64,000 bases of DNA from Macrostomum lignano (GCA_002269645.1 NIVC01000312.1:1-64000), one strand, 5' to 3'. Numbered from the stretch's first letter, positions 44,948-58,581 are shown. Translations and numbers: made by a program. The notes: generated by a model not told the origin, from the letters alone.

Positions 44948-47900
44948 TCAGCTGTGATGCCGATTTTCGCCATAGTAGGTGGTCTTTTTCTGCTTAGTAT
45001 AAGTCGATCCGTCCGCCGTTCTGTACTTCTCTTCGAATATGACCACGGTGCGATCGTTCTGATACTCCGTGGAAGTGCTTGAGGAGACCAGGGTGTCCGA
45101 GGGTTTCACAGCCCCAATAGCGCCTTCGGGTGGCTCGACGTATTCGCTCATTCGCGAACTGGCTGATCTCACAGCGGCCATTTCTGGAATTGGGATTTAT
45201 TGTGTTTTTTTGGGACTGGTTCAGGGGATATTTAGGGAGACCATGTTGCCTGCAACTTCCTCTTGAGCCATGGCATATCAGCAACTTCCATGGCATATCA
45301 GCAACTCCCATGGCATATCAGCAATTCCCATGGCATCTCAGCAACTCCCATGGTATCTCAGCAATTCCCATGGCATCTCAGCAACTCCCATGGTATCTCA
45401 GCAATTCCCATGGCATATCAGCAACTCCCATGGCATATCAGCAACTCCCATGGCATCTCAGCAACTCCCATGGTATCTCAGCAATTCCCATGGCATATCA
45501 GCAACTCCCATGGCATATCAGCAACTCCCATGGCATCTCAGCAACTCCCATGGTATCTCAGCAATTCCCATGGCATCTCAGCAATTCCCATGGCATCTCA
45601 GCAACTCCCATGGCATCTCAGCAATTCCCATGGCATCTCAGCAATTCCCATGGCATCTCAGCAACTCCCATGGCATATCAGCAACTCCCATGGCATCTCA
45701 GCAATTCCCATGGCATCTCAGCAACTCTCCATTGAGTCACGGAATCTCAGGAAATCCCCATTGAGCCTTGACGTCTCAGAACCCTCTAGTGACACTACAT
45801 TTAGCTAGATGCAAGCGTTTCTAATGTATCCCGGCTGCAATGGCACTGAAAAAGTATAGGACGGAAGTTAACTCACTAGAAGGGCGCTCCAGATGCTCTT
45901 CTGAATGCTGCCGGTCCATTGTCGATGATCTGCCGACATCGTGCAAATTCGCACCCAACGGTGGCAGAACGTTTTCTACGAAGCCTTCAATTGAATTACC
46001 GCCAGGAAAATAGCGCCCGACAACGTAGACGCGGCCGAGACGCGAAACGGCCCGGCCGAAACCAACCATTCTTGAGGCTTTCCACACCATCTGCGTGAAG
46101 GATAGAGCGCCTGAGCCTGACAGAGGGGTTGTAGTTGGATTCCAAGTATTTACAGTTTGAATTGCTTTCTGCATATTTCAATCTTTCATTGTCACAACTG
46201 CAGTTGCTTTAACAATCAACAAGCCGACCCTACGCCTGTGAAACTTCACAAAAGCAATCTGGCCCGCCCAAGATTTTTGTCTCTTCTCATCTCCTCTCTA
46301 TTATAATCCCCTCTTCTGTTTCCTCCTCCCATTTCTCCTCTCTCCTCTCCTCTCTTCTCTCTCCTCTACTCTCTTATCTCTCCTCTTATCTCTCCTCTTA
46401 TATCTCCTCTCCTCTCTCCTCTTATCTCTCCTCTTATCTCTCCTCTTATCTCTCCTCTCCTCTCGTCTCCAGCCCTTGAGGTAAAGATGCTGGTTCAACG
46501 ACCCCTGAAGTAAATGAAAACTTAAGCCAACTTAAACGATCAGTTGAAAGTTTTAAACGTACAATTTAATTCATGTAAGATAAGATCCTAATTTTCACCC
46601 GACTATACCACTGGGACTGGGTGTCTTGAGTGACATATATATCTAGACAGAATAGGACTTTCAATGGTTTACCACTCTTTGAGGGTATAACAGTGCGACT
46701 AGAAAGGATATATGGTTTACAGTTAGTTTGCAACATGGCAACATCAAGACTACAGTCAATCGGCAGCCAGAGAGGAGGCAAGTGCAGTCATGACTATACT
46801 GTGCACAATGCACACTGTTACGTACGCAGGTACATGCTCTAAGACCATCGTCCGACATTTACACTCTCACATTCTCTGTGCCTATGGGTTGGCCTCAAAT
46901 CAGCAATCGAACCCGAGGGATTTTAATAAATGAAACGGTCTATTAAAGTTACCTCGATGCAGCCTGGGTGCATTTTCGCCAAAATCGTAGTCCGCAATGC
47001 CCGAGTACCAGTAGTCCGTAAACTGTGCGCCTTTTGTGAGAAAGTTTTGAATTTTTTTCATTTGTTTGTTCGAAATATTTTTAAAAAAATAATAATAGAA
47101 AATGACTACAGAAGAAACTGAGCGTACATATAAGAGTTTCATGAAGTAGCATGTCCATTATAAAGTAATTAGGACGAGTAAAAGACTATGCAAAGGCCTG
47201 CTCTTTGCAAAGACGTTATAGGCGTACTCGTAAGCGTTTTTTTAAATAGGAATAGATTATAGAATAAATAATGAATGTGGTCGACATTCTCGACGTCTGT
47301 CAACGTCGCTGACAATTATGTACTTTTACAGTACATCGACGGATAACGAAAGTACAGTAACAGTAACAGTAAGTACAGTTTTCGTTACAGTAACGAAAGG
47401 ACATATTTGTCAGCGACGTCGATAACGTTAACCGACGTGTACGGTACAGCAGTGCGATGTGGGTGACGTCGGCGACGTTTTCGACGTCTATCGACTAAAA
47501 TATGTACTTTTGCATTGCACCGACGTCTAGCCGATGAATGATTTAATGTAAAACTAAAAGTAAATATTTGTCAGCTACGTTGATAGGCGTCAAAAATGTC
47601 GGCTGACGTCGCTGACGTCGAACAGATGTACGGAGAAGTCTCTATTTTTTACTTGCCTAATTAGCGACATGTAAGGTGATCGATTTCCTTAGACACTTTA
47701 ACGTAAAATTTTCAAATACGCTCACCAGAAAAATCTGTCCTCTCCGAATTAAACTTCATAGCCAAATTTTCGCCAATGTGCGCATTCTTGACGTCCATAT
47801 CTGGCTTCAGCTGGTCTTGGCTAGCGATCGTCTCAGCCCAGTGTTGAGCTCCCTCCGTCAGGCTTCTGTCAAGCTTCAACGGTGGCGCCTGATGCATAGC

Positions 47901-48155
47901 CCGATATTTGTTGTGCGCCAGCAGCATTTCGTGAACGAAGTGCTCCAGTACGACTGGATGGTGGCCAACATTCTGCTGATGGTGCTGCATCTGTCTTGAG
48001 CTGGTCCGAGCGCCACTGTGCATTACATACGAGGAGTGCTGCCTCCCGCCGCCGCCACCACTGTTCGGGGAATTTTGTGGCGTCCTCGACTGCCGCGGCG
48101 AGTTTTCCTCGTCGCTCTCCCACGGCCAGCGGATGTCGTCGCTGGAAGATGGCAT
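44948..48155 (-). CDS. CAP/SCP-domain (GAPR-1/VAL-like) protein, ~325-327 aa; exons 47726-48155, 46953-47030, 45877-46116 (or -46110), 44948-45183
   Basis: HNKYRAMH, GENLA, WYSG-YDF, FTQMVWKAS-VGFG, YVVGRY-PGGN; all junctions GT-AG with matching phase 1; no signal peptide. Confidence 0.85.
45265..45728. repeat. 20-bp intronic minisatellite (TGGCATCTCAGCAACTCCCA)
   Basis: ~23 units inside CAP intron 3. Confidence 0.95.
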
Positions 48156-48539
48156 TCTATTGTAATGCTTTGGATTGGCTTAGTTAGACCAGGGAATCTG
48201 AAGGCTTTTTTATGCTTTTTACCGTCTTCCCAGATTCGATAGATCAACTAAAGTAAGGAAGTTTATAACATAGACATATTTACTATTTACTATATAAATA
48301 TATACTCTGCTGCGTAGACTGCATGGCTTAGAACTCTACGCCAATATCTTCATTTAGAGCCAAATAGCTCCCGTTATGCCTAAAATCGACCACTTTGGCA
48401 TTTGGGGATCTCTATGGAGAGAAATAGGATAAATGGGGATTTCATGTGAACCTAAGGCTCCAGAAAGTTCACATCCTCTACTGTAATTTTATTTGCTGCC
48501 TGAAACTGAGCGTGTATATTAGAGAAAACAACAACTAGC

Positions 48540-48843
48540 ACTGAGCCGGTTCCGCCCATTCCGCCGATTCCTAAGCATACTAGTACAGGCGCGCCAATGC
48601 TGTATGCAGGCACGCACTCACACACACGCTCACAAGGGGTGTACAGCGGCCCTGATTGACTTTCTAAGCGTCAGGAATGTACACTGTCTGTGCCTTGGGG
48701 AGTTGGTACTCAAGGGTCTGAATTGTACGACAAACCCCCGGCCAATTATCTTGTACGAACCCCAAACTAATGTAGCTGCGCAGGGGATCGAACCAAGTGG
48801 CGCAACAACTGTACGCGTTTATACCACTGAGCTGCTCCGCCCC
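48540..48843 (-). mobile_element. tRNA-derived SINE
   Basis: A-box CAGCTCAGTGGT (48823-48834) and B-box GGTTCGATCC (48785-48794); the 3' body matches 58707-58842 on the + strand. Confidence 0.7.
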
Positions 48844-49226
48844 ACAGCCAACTACCGAAACGGTGCATAAGTGAGATTTCTTAACGTCTGCGAAATTGAG
48901 TCCTTTCATAACACACCGTATGATTCGTAGCCAGCAAACAAATATACGACACGGTTAAAGACATTTGATTATAGTGCATTTTCAGCCACGGAGAAGCCCC
49001 AAAAAACGAGGGAAACAAGTACAGGTGCCATATGCCCTACTCACAGTAGCAAGAATGGCACAGTTGATCATATATTTGCCTTAGAAGCTAACCGATCATA
49101 TATTTAAAAAAACTGGAGGCTTGAGTTTTACCGATTGACAACTATCTGCAGCTACCAAACTTATTGCGTTGTTATTGTTGGACAAGTCAATATTATTCGT
49201 GTAGCACAGACACTTCCACTAAAATT

Positions 49227-49800
49227 TCAAGCAACAGTGACGAGCATGTAGTCTGCTGGATTTACGAAGTCCTTCCACTTACCAATCTGAAGGCGGAACA
49301 GAATTTTTGGCAGATCCGTGCGATTAGCCCCTGTCTGAGCCCACACACATTCATCGGATTGCACGAAAATCACCATGACGCAAGCATCTTTATTGCAGCC
49401 ACTAATATGCCATATTGATGAAGAAGTGCCGTTTTGGCCCGTTCGGTTCACCACCATAATGTCCAACCACAGAAAAGTAGTTGTAGGTCCTGGACACCAG
49501 ATCCAAGTCTGGCTCACTGCCGACCAGCCTATCCTTGCTGAACCAGTTCGTCGCATTCAGTCCCGAGAATGTGACGTCGAACGAGATCTTCAACCCCGTG
49601 ACGCCATTCTTAAGCAGCTCGACTTGCCGGGACACGAGTCTCACGAGATCCGGAAGTCGGTCGAGCCAACACGATCGCCAGAAGTTGAGCAGAGGCAGCG
49701 TCTTGAATGTATTCGACTGTTTCTGTGACTCGACTGCTGACGGCATTCGGACCATGATAAGAATGATGCTTATGAAAAGACGTTCTTTCTATAAGTATTG
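49227..49800 (-). pseudogene. Truncated, frameshifted paralogue of the 51140-52072 gene
   Basis: FWRSCWLDRLPDLVRLVS...NWFSKDRLVGSEPDLDL...FFINMAY, then a +1 frameshift into SGC...ADYMLVTVA*; no signal-peptide region seen. Confidence 0.85.
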
Positions 49801-51139
49801 GCTGTGAAAGTTGGAAAGCAACAGGTTTTTTAGTCACTATCATCACTTTTTAAATCGCATCATTTTATGTAAATCATGTCTATCGATGCATTGATTCGGC
49901 TTAGGCACTCACCAGAGAATCGTCATTTTAAGCTGCTAAGGAAATTGCTTTGGGTGAGACTTAGGGGAACAGACCTTGGATTAGGTAAACGGATTCCATG
50001 ATAATATAAAGGTGAGAATAATTGACAGCTAAGGTGAAAGAAACAATACCAACGTGCGATTGACACCCGGTCGATCCCATCGAATGATAGGGAAGAACGG
50101 TTGAACTTTCACTATCTGTTAGAAAGCAGTTGGAAATTGCGTCTGAATTAAGACACAATGCGTTGGAATGACTATATGTCTTTATATCGATTCACGACCT
50201 ATTGAATTGGCGTAGAAGAAAAACAAAGGAAGATTGGAAAAAGAGGTCTAAGTCAGTGCTGGGAATAAAGATAATGATAGGCTTTCAGACAGTTTTTTGG
50301 AAAATCCAGGCCTCAGACTGCATGCGTGCTAGCAAGATTCATGGAATAAATTTTCCTCATGAATCGACGTTAGCAACAGTCCGATGAGGCTTCAGATTGA
50401 AGTTGTACAATGGTTTTGCTCCAAAAGAAGTTGAAAGTCCTCTTTAAGCGTTTAGTTTGGACTTCACAAGCATAGAAAATAGAATTACATGTACGTGAGC
50501 TAAAATACGTCTAATGTGCTGTATGACCTTCAACACTAGCAGATGTTGAAGTCAACGGCAAATGCGCTGAACATTCAAAGGGCTTTGTACTAGCTCATTG
50601 GACTGTTGGTGGTCCACTTAGATAACGACCCATCTCAATTTAGTATGCGATAGATTTAAAAAGATGCCCATCAGATAACTGTTTGCAGTGACGATATATA
50701 TGCTAAAAGTTTTTTCTACACGTGAGAAGTGAGGAATTGCCTAAAAGCTAATGCAAGTGCTAAACACTTGATCGGCTAAAGTTTCTGTCAGTAAAGTAAA
50801 ATATCAAACCATATCTAAAAGCGCTTAATTGCAGTCTGGCAGATTATTGATCTACAGTTGAAACGGGGTTTTTTACAGACAAGATAGTCGGTCGGGTGCT
50901 AAAATACTCGTACATTCAGGCATTTAAACACGTTGACTTTCTCTAAACTTTCGGGCCTGATGTGGCTGAGTAGCTAAAAGCTATTAGCGCGTCCTGACCA
51001 ACTGCCGTTGCTAGGGTGTAAATTTAAATGATGGGTATCTTGTTAAATATTGCAAAATTCCTATCGAGATTTTCAGATAAGCTACATGATTCGGTTTTGA
51101 TTCACTTAACAAAAACGCAACTTTCTGCTGCAGCTCAGG

Positions 51140-52072
51140 ATGCAGTTAAGCCTTTTATCCTACCTGTCATTAATGGCTCTCTTTGCCTCGGTAGAATCCA
51201 GCGCCTTCGAGTCGGACAGGCAGTCGGAGTACTTTAGACAGATGTGGCTACCCGGTGTTGCGACCAGTTGCCGCAGGCTGTTAAATATTCAAACGAAGTA
51301 TCCAGCCAACTGCCTGTTGCTTTGGATGCAGCTGAAGCGGGAGGGTGCTGACCCTCACTTCATTCACTTCACCCCTTCGGCTGAAACTGCAGGCTGCGAG
51401 ATCTCCACCTGGTGCGACCAACTGCTTCTGAACGAGTCAGAGCCGCGCACTGCACTGCTGCCGACGTCTCAAAGCCAGCCGAGACTCGTGCTGTTTGCGG
51501 TCAAGTCCTATAGCAAAGTCAACGTCCTGGACTCGTATCTTTCGCCCGTCAACTGCAACCGGTCTCTTTTGCTGTCGCCGCTTGTCGGACCGCCTCCCCT
51601 CGACTTCTGGCGATCGTGTTGGCTCGACCGACTTCCGGATCTCGTGAGACTCGTGTCCGGCAAGACGATCTCGGTCGAGCTGCTCAAGAACGGCTTCACG
51701 GTGTTGAAGATCTCGTTCGACGCCACGTTCTCAGGACTGAATGCGACGAACTGGTTCAGCAAGGACAGGCTGGTCGGCAGCGAGCCGGACTTGGATCTGG
51801 CGTCCAGGACCTACAACTACTTTTCTGTGGTTGGACATTATAGTGGTGAAGCAAGCGGGCCAAAAAGGCCCTTTTTCATCAATATGGCATATGGTGGCTG
51901 CGATGTGGATTTTGGAGTCATGGTTATTGTCGAGCAGTCGAATGACGTCTGTGCGTGGGCTCAGACAGGTGCCAGCCGCACGGATCTGCCAAAAATTTTG
52001 TACAACCTTCAGGTTGGAAATTGGAAAGACTTTGTAAATTCAGCGGACTACATGCTCGTCACTGTCGCTTGA
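51140..52072 (+). CDS. Secreted uncharacterised protein, 310 aa, single exon
   Basis: Hydrophobic N-terminus MQLSLLSYLSLMALFASVES; Cys-containing N-terminal region; C-terminal domain with NWFS / NYFSV / FFINxxYGGC-x2-D motifs recalled from uncharacterised invertebrate proteins (family name not known to me); the paralogue nearby is similar along this frame. Confidence 0.75.
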   Translation: MQLSLLSYLSLMALFASVESSAFESDRQSEYFRQMWLPGVATSCRRLLNIQTKYPANCLLLWMQLKREGADPHFIHFTPSAETAGCEISTWCDQLLLNESEPRTALLPTSQSQPRLVLFAVKSYSKVNVLDSYLSPVNCNRSLLLSPLVGPPPLDFWRSCWLDRLPDLVRLVSGKTISVELLKNGFTVLKISFDATFSGLNATNWFSKDRLVGSEPDLDLASRTYNYFSVVGHYSGEASGPKRPFFINMAYGGCDVDFGVMVIVEQSNDVCAWAQTGASRTDLPKILYNLQVGNWKDFVNSADYMLVTVA

Positions 52073-53548
52073 ATTCTGTTTGAAAATCTAATCTGGAACT
52101 TTTGGTCTGAATTGAGGATGAAAAACAAAGCCATGATGTGAAAGTGTCTGTCGACGTTTCAAAGGATTTAATGTCAGAATTTGTATAATTACGACCGAAC
52201 ATTTTACCTCCAAACAAATTTCTATCATTGAGCTAAAGCAGTTTGATATATACTCAACAATTTAAGTCGCCACCTTTGAGAGTGCGCAGTAAATTCCATT
52301 TCAGTATTGACTTTTGACGCAGTGTTGGGCTGGGTGAGGAGGGATCGGGAAGAGCGGAGGGCGAAGACTGGATGCATTGAAGCTTCCGCCCGGTTCGCAT
52401 TGTTTTTTCAAACATTTTTAAAAATCAAAATGGTATGGCCAGGTGACAGACGCTGCCAGGTGACAGTGTCGAAAGACACTGCTCACTGGGGCAAAGGGTG
52501 GCGACTTTTCAATGTTGCTGAGTATATATCAAGAAAATATAAAGTACATGTATGATTAATATTTTCTAGACGATTATAGGATACGCTCGTGTTGGGCCTG
52601 GTGCGTGGGGGTTGGGCGTGCGCTTTTACTCCGTGTATCGTTTCTGATTTTAACTCTGTGCGTGTGCCCTTTGTCTGGGCTCACGCTCTTTGCACGTCTT
52701 TGCTCTATCGTGACTTTAATGTACACTGTTGGTGTTTTAGTCCTTGGGTACGTTGGGGGTTGCTATGAACCTCACTTATAATAAAATCGTATCGTTGTTT
52801 GTCAGTGCACTTGGCACTTTTGTTTTGCCTCGCAAACTCTTTGTTCTAGACTTGCTCTCCATGATCCATGAGATATCAATGATCAGAACCTGCATTCGCA
52901 ACCACCTGCATTACGTTTCTCATCGTAACCTAAGGCACGTCAATAGTGTGTACATGGCAAGCCAAATTGGCCATTAATTATTTCAGCTTAGGCAAAAATA
53001 ATGAAGAAAAGGCTATATAGACAACAAGTTTATTAAACAAAACAACTGAGTAGGAATAAGAAGTGAAACTGTGCAGGGCAGTAGTAGTACGAGCGTATGT
53101 CAAAGTTAGTATAGTATGCATGTATTTGATATACAATATGTATACAATGTAGTTTAACCGTAAAAAATCTGGAATTCTTATTAGTAGCTCTTGAAGTTCT
53201 TAAAAAGTAAAATCTTGATTTAACCTTAACAGTTTGGCATCATTCAGCTCAAAATCTGCAGTGAAAGAGTTTAAGTCACGATTTGAAATAACTGACCGAA
53301 GAAAAAACTCAGCATGGTGATTCACGTGATCCGGAGACATTTCTTTGACATATCTTAAATTTCAGTTTACAGGCTTGTTAATTATCGATCAAAGCGGGGG
53401 GCGGCAAATTGTAGCCGCAATCAGAATTAAAGCTGGAGACTAAATAAAGTTTTGGAATTGAATTCTTCACTAGGTTGTTGCTCTACAAAACTGAACACAA
53501 AACAACTGGAACTATGAAAACACTGTTAGATTGCTAAACATGATTCTG

Positions 53549-54625
53549 TCACTCAATATATTCACCGCCAATGTCTTTGCACTTCTGCCAGCGATTTACC
53601 AGGCCTCTGATTCCGGAACCCACACCACTCGCGTCCGTTTGGCGAACAGCTTGATTGCATGCAGCTTTGATATGTGCTCGACGCTGTCGAATCGAATGCC
53701 CCGAAGGTGCTTCTTCACAGATGGAAATAAGAAGAAGTCGCATGGCGACAAATCAGGCGAATAGGGTGGATGTTGGAGCACTTCCCAGCCCCATTTGCTC
53801 AGGAGTTCCACGACGTTTTGCTTGCGATGTGCTGGCGCACTGTCGTGCAGCAGGATCACACCAGATTCCAGCAGATCAGGGCGCTTCTTTCGTATTGCTG
53901 GGCGCAACTTCTCCTGCAGAATCCACTTGTAGTAGTCCCCATTGACGGTGGTTCCAATTGTGGGACTGCCCAGTTCAGCAGGATTCCTTGGGAATAAAAA
54001 AACATGACGTGCATGATATTTATCGCGCCCTGCTTCCTGATGGCCTTCTGAGGTCTTGGAGAATGTGCTGGAAGCCATTCGGCAGACTGGGCCTTTGTCT
54101 CAGGATCCCAGCTGTCAACCCACGTCTCGTCTCCAGCAACAATTCTGTATAGAAAATCCTCCCCTTCTCGATGGAACCGACGCAGGTGGCTGCTTGAAGC
54201 CACAGTTCGCTGCATCTTTTGCTCACCTGTCAGCAGGTGTGGCACCCACTTGCAGAACTTTTTCTACAGGTGAAGACGCTCCGTCAGAATGGTGTGGACG
54301 CTTCCTACTACTGACACACCAACGTCTTCTGCCAACTCTTCGCAAGTCCGGGGCCGATCATCATCCAGGAGCTCTTGCACTTTCTTCACAACAGTGTCTC
54401 GTTGGTTGCAGTCATCGGCCTTCCAGAGCGATCATTGTCCTCAACGCTCTCTCTTCCATCAGCGAACAGCCGGTACCATTTTCGAACTGTCTGCTCAGTT
54501 GGTGCACAGTTGCCAAGCACTTGCTGAAGCTCCCTAAACATATCCGGTGGCCTTTTTCCTTGCAGAAACTGAAACTTCATCAAGCTTCGAACGTCTTGCT
54601 TTGAAAATGATTCAGCCATGGCCAA
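53549..54625 (-). pseudogene. Mariner (D,D34D) transposase, frameshifted with a stop
   Basis: RSGRP, WVPHLL, GDETWV, LHDSAPAH, HPPYSPDLSPCDF, RWQKC; split over four frames; TIRs not identified. Confidence 0.92.
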
Positions 54626-56649
54626 GAAATTGAGTGGTAGCTGATAGAAATTTTCGCTGCTCTAACATAGTTGCAAACTGAGGCTTACAACCCTAGGAAC
54701 GATTAGGCCATAGAAATAACTTGGTGACATCGCTAAAATTCTGTTTACAACGCTTTCTAAAAATAAATGCCAAAGGACCGAAAAGAACTTTTTGAATACA
54801 CCTCGTAATAGCTACAAAATGGACATGGCATCTGTTCAGAAGAAAACTAAACCAATTTGGGCTAATGTGACTTTTGACAGCATTGGCAGCATGCACTGAT
54901 CGATATAAGATATTAAGATTGTCACTGTTGAAGTAAATTAAATTTGTGTGGATTTTCAAGGGTGACTAATTCGCATTGGTTTAAAGCACCACATACATTG
55001 TATTGCTCAAGGACGACTGTCCTTGGTATTGCTCTTGGGCATATTGTTTACTGCAATTCCTTGTTGTAAGCCGGTTCTGTTCTAGTTATTCGACTCGTCG
55101 CGGTTATGATGCAAAAAGATTGGCCCCTTGTGCCCTGAGCTCTCAGGTTCCGCTTTCATTTATTGTTTTTAAGGCCATAGATAAAAAATTAATGCTGCTC
55201 ATTGATTGCAATGAGTTTATTACAATTTCAACTTCATGTGGAATTGGAAATTTGTCTGCGGTTTGGCTTTACGAACAAAAGTAAAACAAACATTAAATAA
55301 TAGGAATTAAAAGTATTTACTGCAATGGATAAACTAAGTACGTCCATCTAATGGTTCTGCAAGTCCTCAATGTTTAAGAGCAACTTGTACTTCGTTTGAT
55401 ACAATAGTTTTAATGTGCAGCATCGCACTTGTTTAACTTTGGCAGAATGAAATATTTTTCTGAGATTAACAGTCTGACCCGAGTCACTTTGCATGGGGAC
55501 GGACGGGACGCACAGCTTTGTCAGCTTACCTTTATTATATATCAAACATGAGTTAATGGAAAATCTTGAGTTAAGCTATTGTATACTATCTCATCTTTTA
55601 TAATTTGTGGTTCAACCACTGTATATATGGGCATGGCCTACACAAGCATAAATCACAAGCATTTTAAATTGTGGCAGTGCAATGCAAAATGGTACACCAC
55701 CATGCATGTGATAAATAGGAAAGTGGATCCGGTTGTATTTTGCACCCTTGAACCAAAATTTTTATACACGAAAATTCATGTGTGTGTTTTTACATGCATA
55801 TTGGATATTGACTACAGCCTATTTGGCATAGGGGCCTATAATTTTTAAATTTGATATAGTTAAATATAGCCTAAAGACAAAGTGCATATTTGCTATTTAC
55901 AAAATACACATTGTATATGTCTATACTCCCAGTACCAGAAACAGTACCAAAAATAAAATACAAAATACAAAAGAAACAAAAAATAACTAAGAAAAATGTC
56001 TGCAATAGTACAAAATAAATTCTAGCTATTATTATATGCAATACCACTGGTTTAACATATTTCATTTAAGCAAATTCTACATACATAATAACTTTATATA
56101 GGCAAAATATGAGACTTGATGTAATGTATATTTAAAAACTAAAACACCGTATCATGAAACATTCTAGCTAATCAAAACTTAAACAAATATAAATAAAACC
56201 AAAAAAAGGTGTTAGTGTCAATAATAATAACAACAACAAAATATATGGCCCCACATGCAAAGTCACAATTAGAATATTATAATGTATAATTTTTTAAATG
56301 CAATTATATACTGTATAAAATATATTGCAATAGGCTTTGTTTTTAGTAAACACACTCATTATATTTCTTAAAAACCTATAAAATTTGAAAACTATTTCTT
56401 TTTGTGTTGAAGGAATGTTAGAAATATTTTGTATATTTTGTATATTTTGTAGGATGATTTGTTTAAAATGGTAATAAAATTTTTACTATAAATAAGGGCC
56501 AGCTGAGGGCCTAACCAAAATATACTTCCTTTTGCATTGGTTTCTTTCTCTCTCGCCTTTGAGCTCAAAGCTTCGATTGTGCAGATAAAATTTGATCAGC
56601 CATTGGGCTTGAAATCACTCATGTTACTTATTTCAAGTAGTAGATAATG

Positions 56650-56795
56650 ACTTAGGAATCACCACAAGAGTGGGAGTTCAGTATGTTCTCAGAGAACGAG
56701 AAATCCTAGACTTTCTAGGAATCCTAGAAATCTTAGGAATCACCCCAAGAGTGGGAGTTCAGTCCATTCTTAGAGAATGAGAAATCCTAGACTTA
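56650..56795. repeat. Two-copy ~90-bp direct repeat
   Basis: TTAGGAATCACCMCAAGAGTGGGAGTTCAGT...GAGAAATCCTAGACT occurs twice. Confidence 0.7.
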
Positions 56796-58581
56796 GGAGT
56801 CTAGTAACCTGCCTCTAGAAGGCAGAAATCCTACCACAGGGTAGAGAAATTCAGGCTTAGAGTTTGAGAAACCCGCCTCAGGGCAGAATACCCAGCAAAG
56901 TGCACTGTGACCCTCTGGTTCCGGGAATGCCCAGGACTGAGAATAATATCTTTAGAGGAGTATAGGGATAGGATAGACGGTGCCTAAAGACCACTCAGGC
57001 TAGGAAGTACAATAGAAGTATATATGCTACCAATAAAAATACATACACTACCAATAGAAGTACATGTGGTACTAGTAAAAGGCAAGTAATAACCAGTAAG
57101 ATTAATAAGAAGAGATAGGTCTAACCCTGTAACAACTTTGGTGTCTCAATGGTGGGATTTCTAGAATGAGCCAAAAGGCCTGTTACAATATCTTATCTCA
57201 TTATATTAAATTTTTATATCATAGTTCAATTTCTAATAGACACTTAAAGATAGGATTTTGGTATTCCCATCCTATAACCCATCCCCCTAACTGCAGCTGC
57301 TTAAGGGGATATATCGCCATCCCTATATCTCTCTCCCCTAGCTATGCCACTGATTATAGACTATACTATGACTAAGGTTATAAAATATCTAAAATTATAC
57401 TTATAAATAACAAATTATTTCAAGATTTTATTGAAAACATTATAATTAAAGTTAATGCAAATATCTTTTAAAAATTTAAAACTGTCTTAGGGGTTTTCTC
57501 TTCTATCTATCCTCTAAAAACTGTCCTACCAGTTGGCCACCAAGTTGTCCTAGCATTTTAGGGGTTATTCTTTCTATTACTTAATCTTATAGCTGACACC
57601 AAAGTTGCTGTTGGGCTTACTTCCTTCTTAATAAATAATCCTACTAATGCCACTAGCTGTGACAGGGATTTTCGCTTCCCTGTCTAATATTTTTCAGCTA
57701 ATTACTACTTTCTATGGTAGCTTTCTAGAATTGTTCTGGTAGTGTTGATGTATTCTTGGCCTGAGAAGTCATACTATTCTCTAGTCTCTTGGGCATTAGG
57801 TCTGGATTAGAGGGTCATGGCACTTACTCTAAACATGTACTCTCTTTGCATGTACTCCCAAATTTCTCAAATGCTTCTTGGAATCTCTTACTGTAAAATG
57901 TTTAAAAGAGTCTACGAATGATTTTTAGAAACACATTTTGAAGCTTATAGCAAGAGTGCAAGCTGCAAACAAGTTCATCGTTTCTTCCCTCAAAATTCAC
58001 TCCTATTTATACAATTTTTTTTATGTTTAAAACAAATTTTACAACTCAAAAAGATTTTGTCAATTAAAACAAACATATAACTTTTGTGTAATTTTAAAAC
58101 TAGAGTTTCTAAGAAATGATAACCGCTGCTACATAACATACAAATTATCTTTCTTGGTACAAATTTAAATTTGATTGAATTTGCCCTAAGCAAACAATCC
58201 TTTAAGATTCCTTTTTTAATTATACCACCTTGGCTATAGTATTTACATAACTAATTTACCTGAGAATGTTTTTTACAAAAAATAAAAATAATGCGAGGTG
58301 CAAATCCAAGATTTCCCTCTGACCCCATAGTCAATCTGCCAGTGATAATACATTTTCATTAATCTAATTTAAACTAATTAAAGGCTACTTAATCCCAATA
58401 TATTAAAAAGAATACAATAAAAATGTCTTGGTTTATTATCCTTGATACTAAATATTTGTAAACTAGAATAAATTTATTTAAATGAGTATATATTTTAATA
58501 CTTACGATAGTTTTATTTATGTATAGATATATATTTCAGATAAAAATGCTACTACAATAAAAATTGTTATAAATAGTCAAC

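Noticed and set aside
45130-45808. Repetitive ORFs in three frames
   Set aside because: Stop-free translations of an intronic 20-bp minisatellite.
48780-48843. Functional tRNA gene
   Set aside because: A/B boxes are present but no clean cloverleaf; followed by a SINE body found elsewhere.
53460-54700. Mariner TIRs
   Set aside because: Only weak partial similarity (TAGGTTGT versus TAGGGTTGT), so ends were not called.
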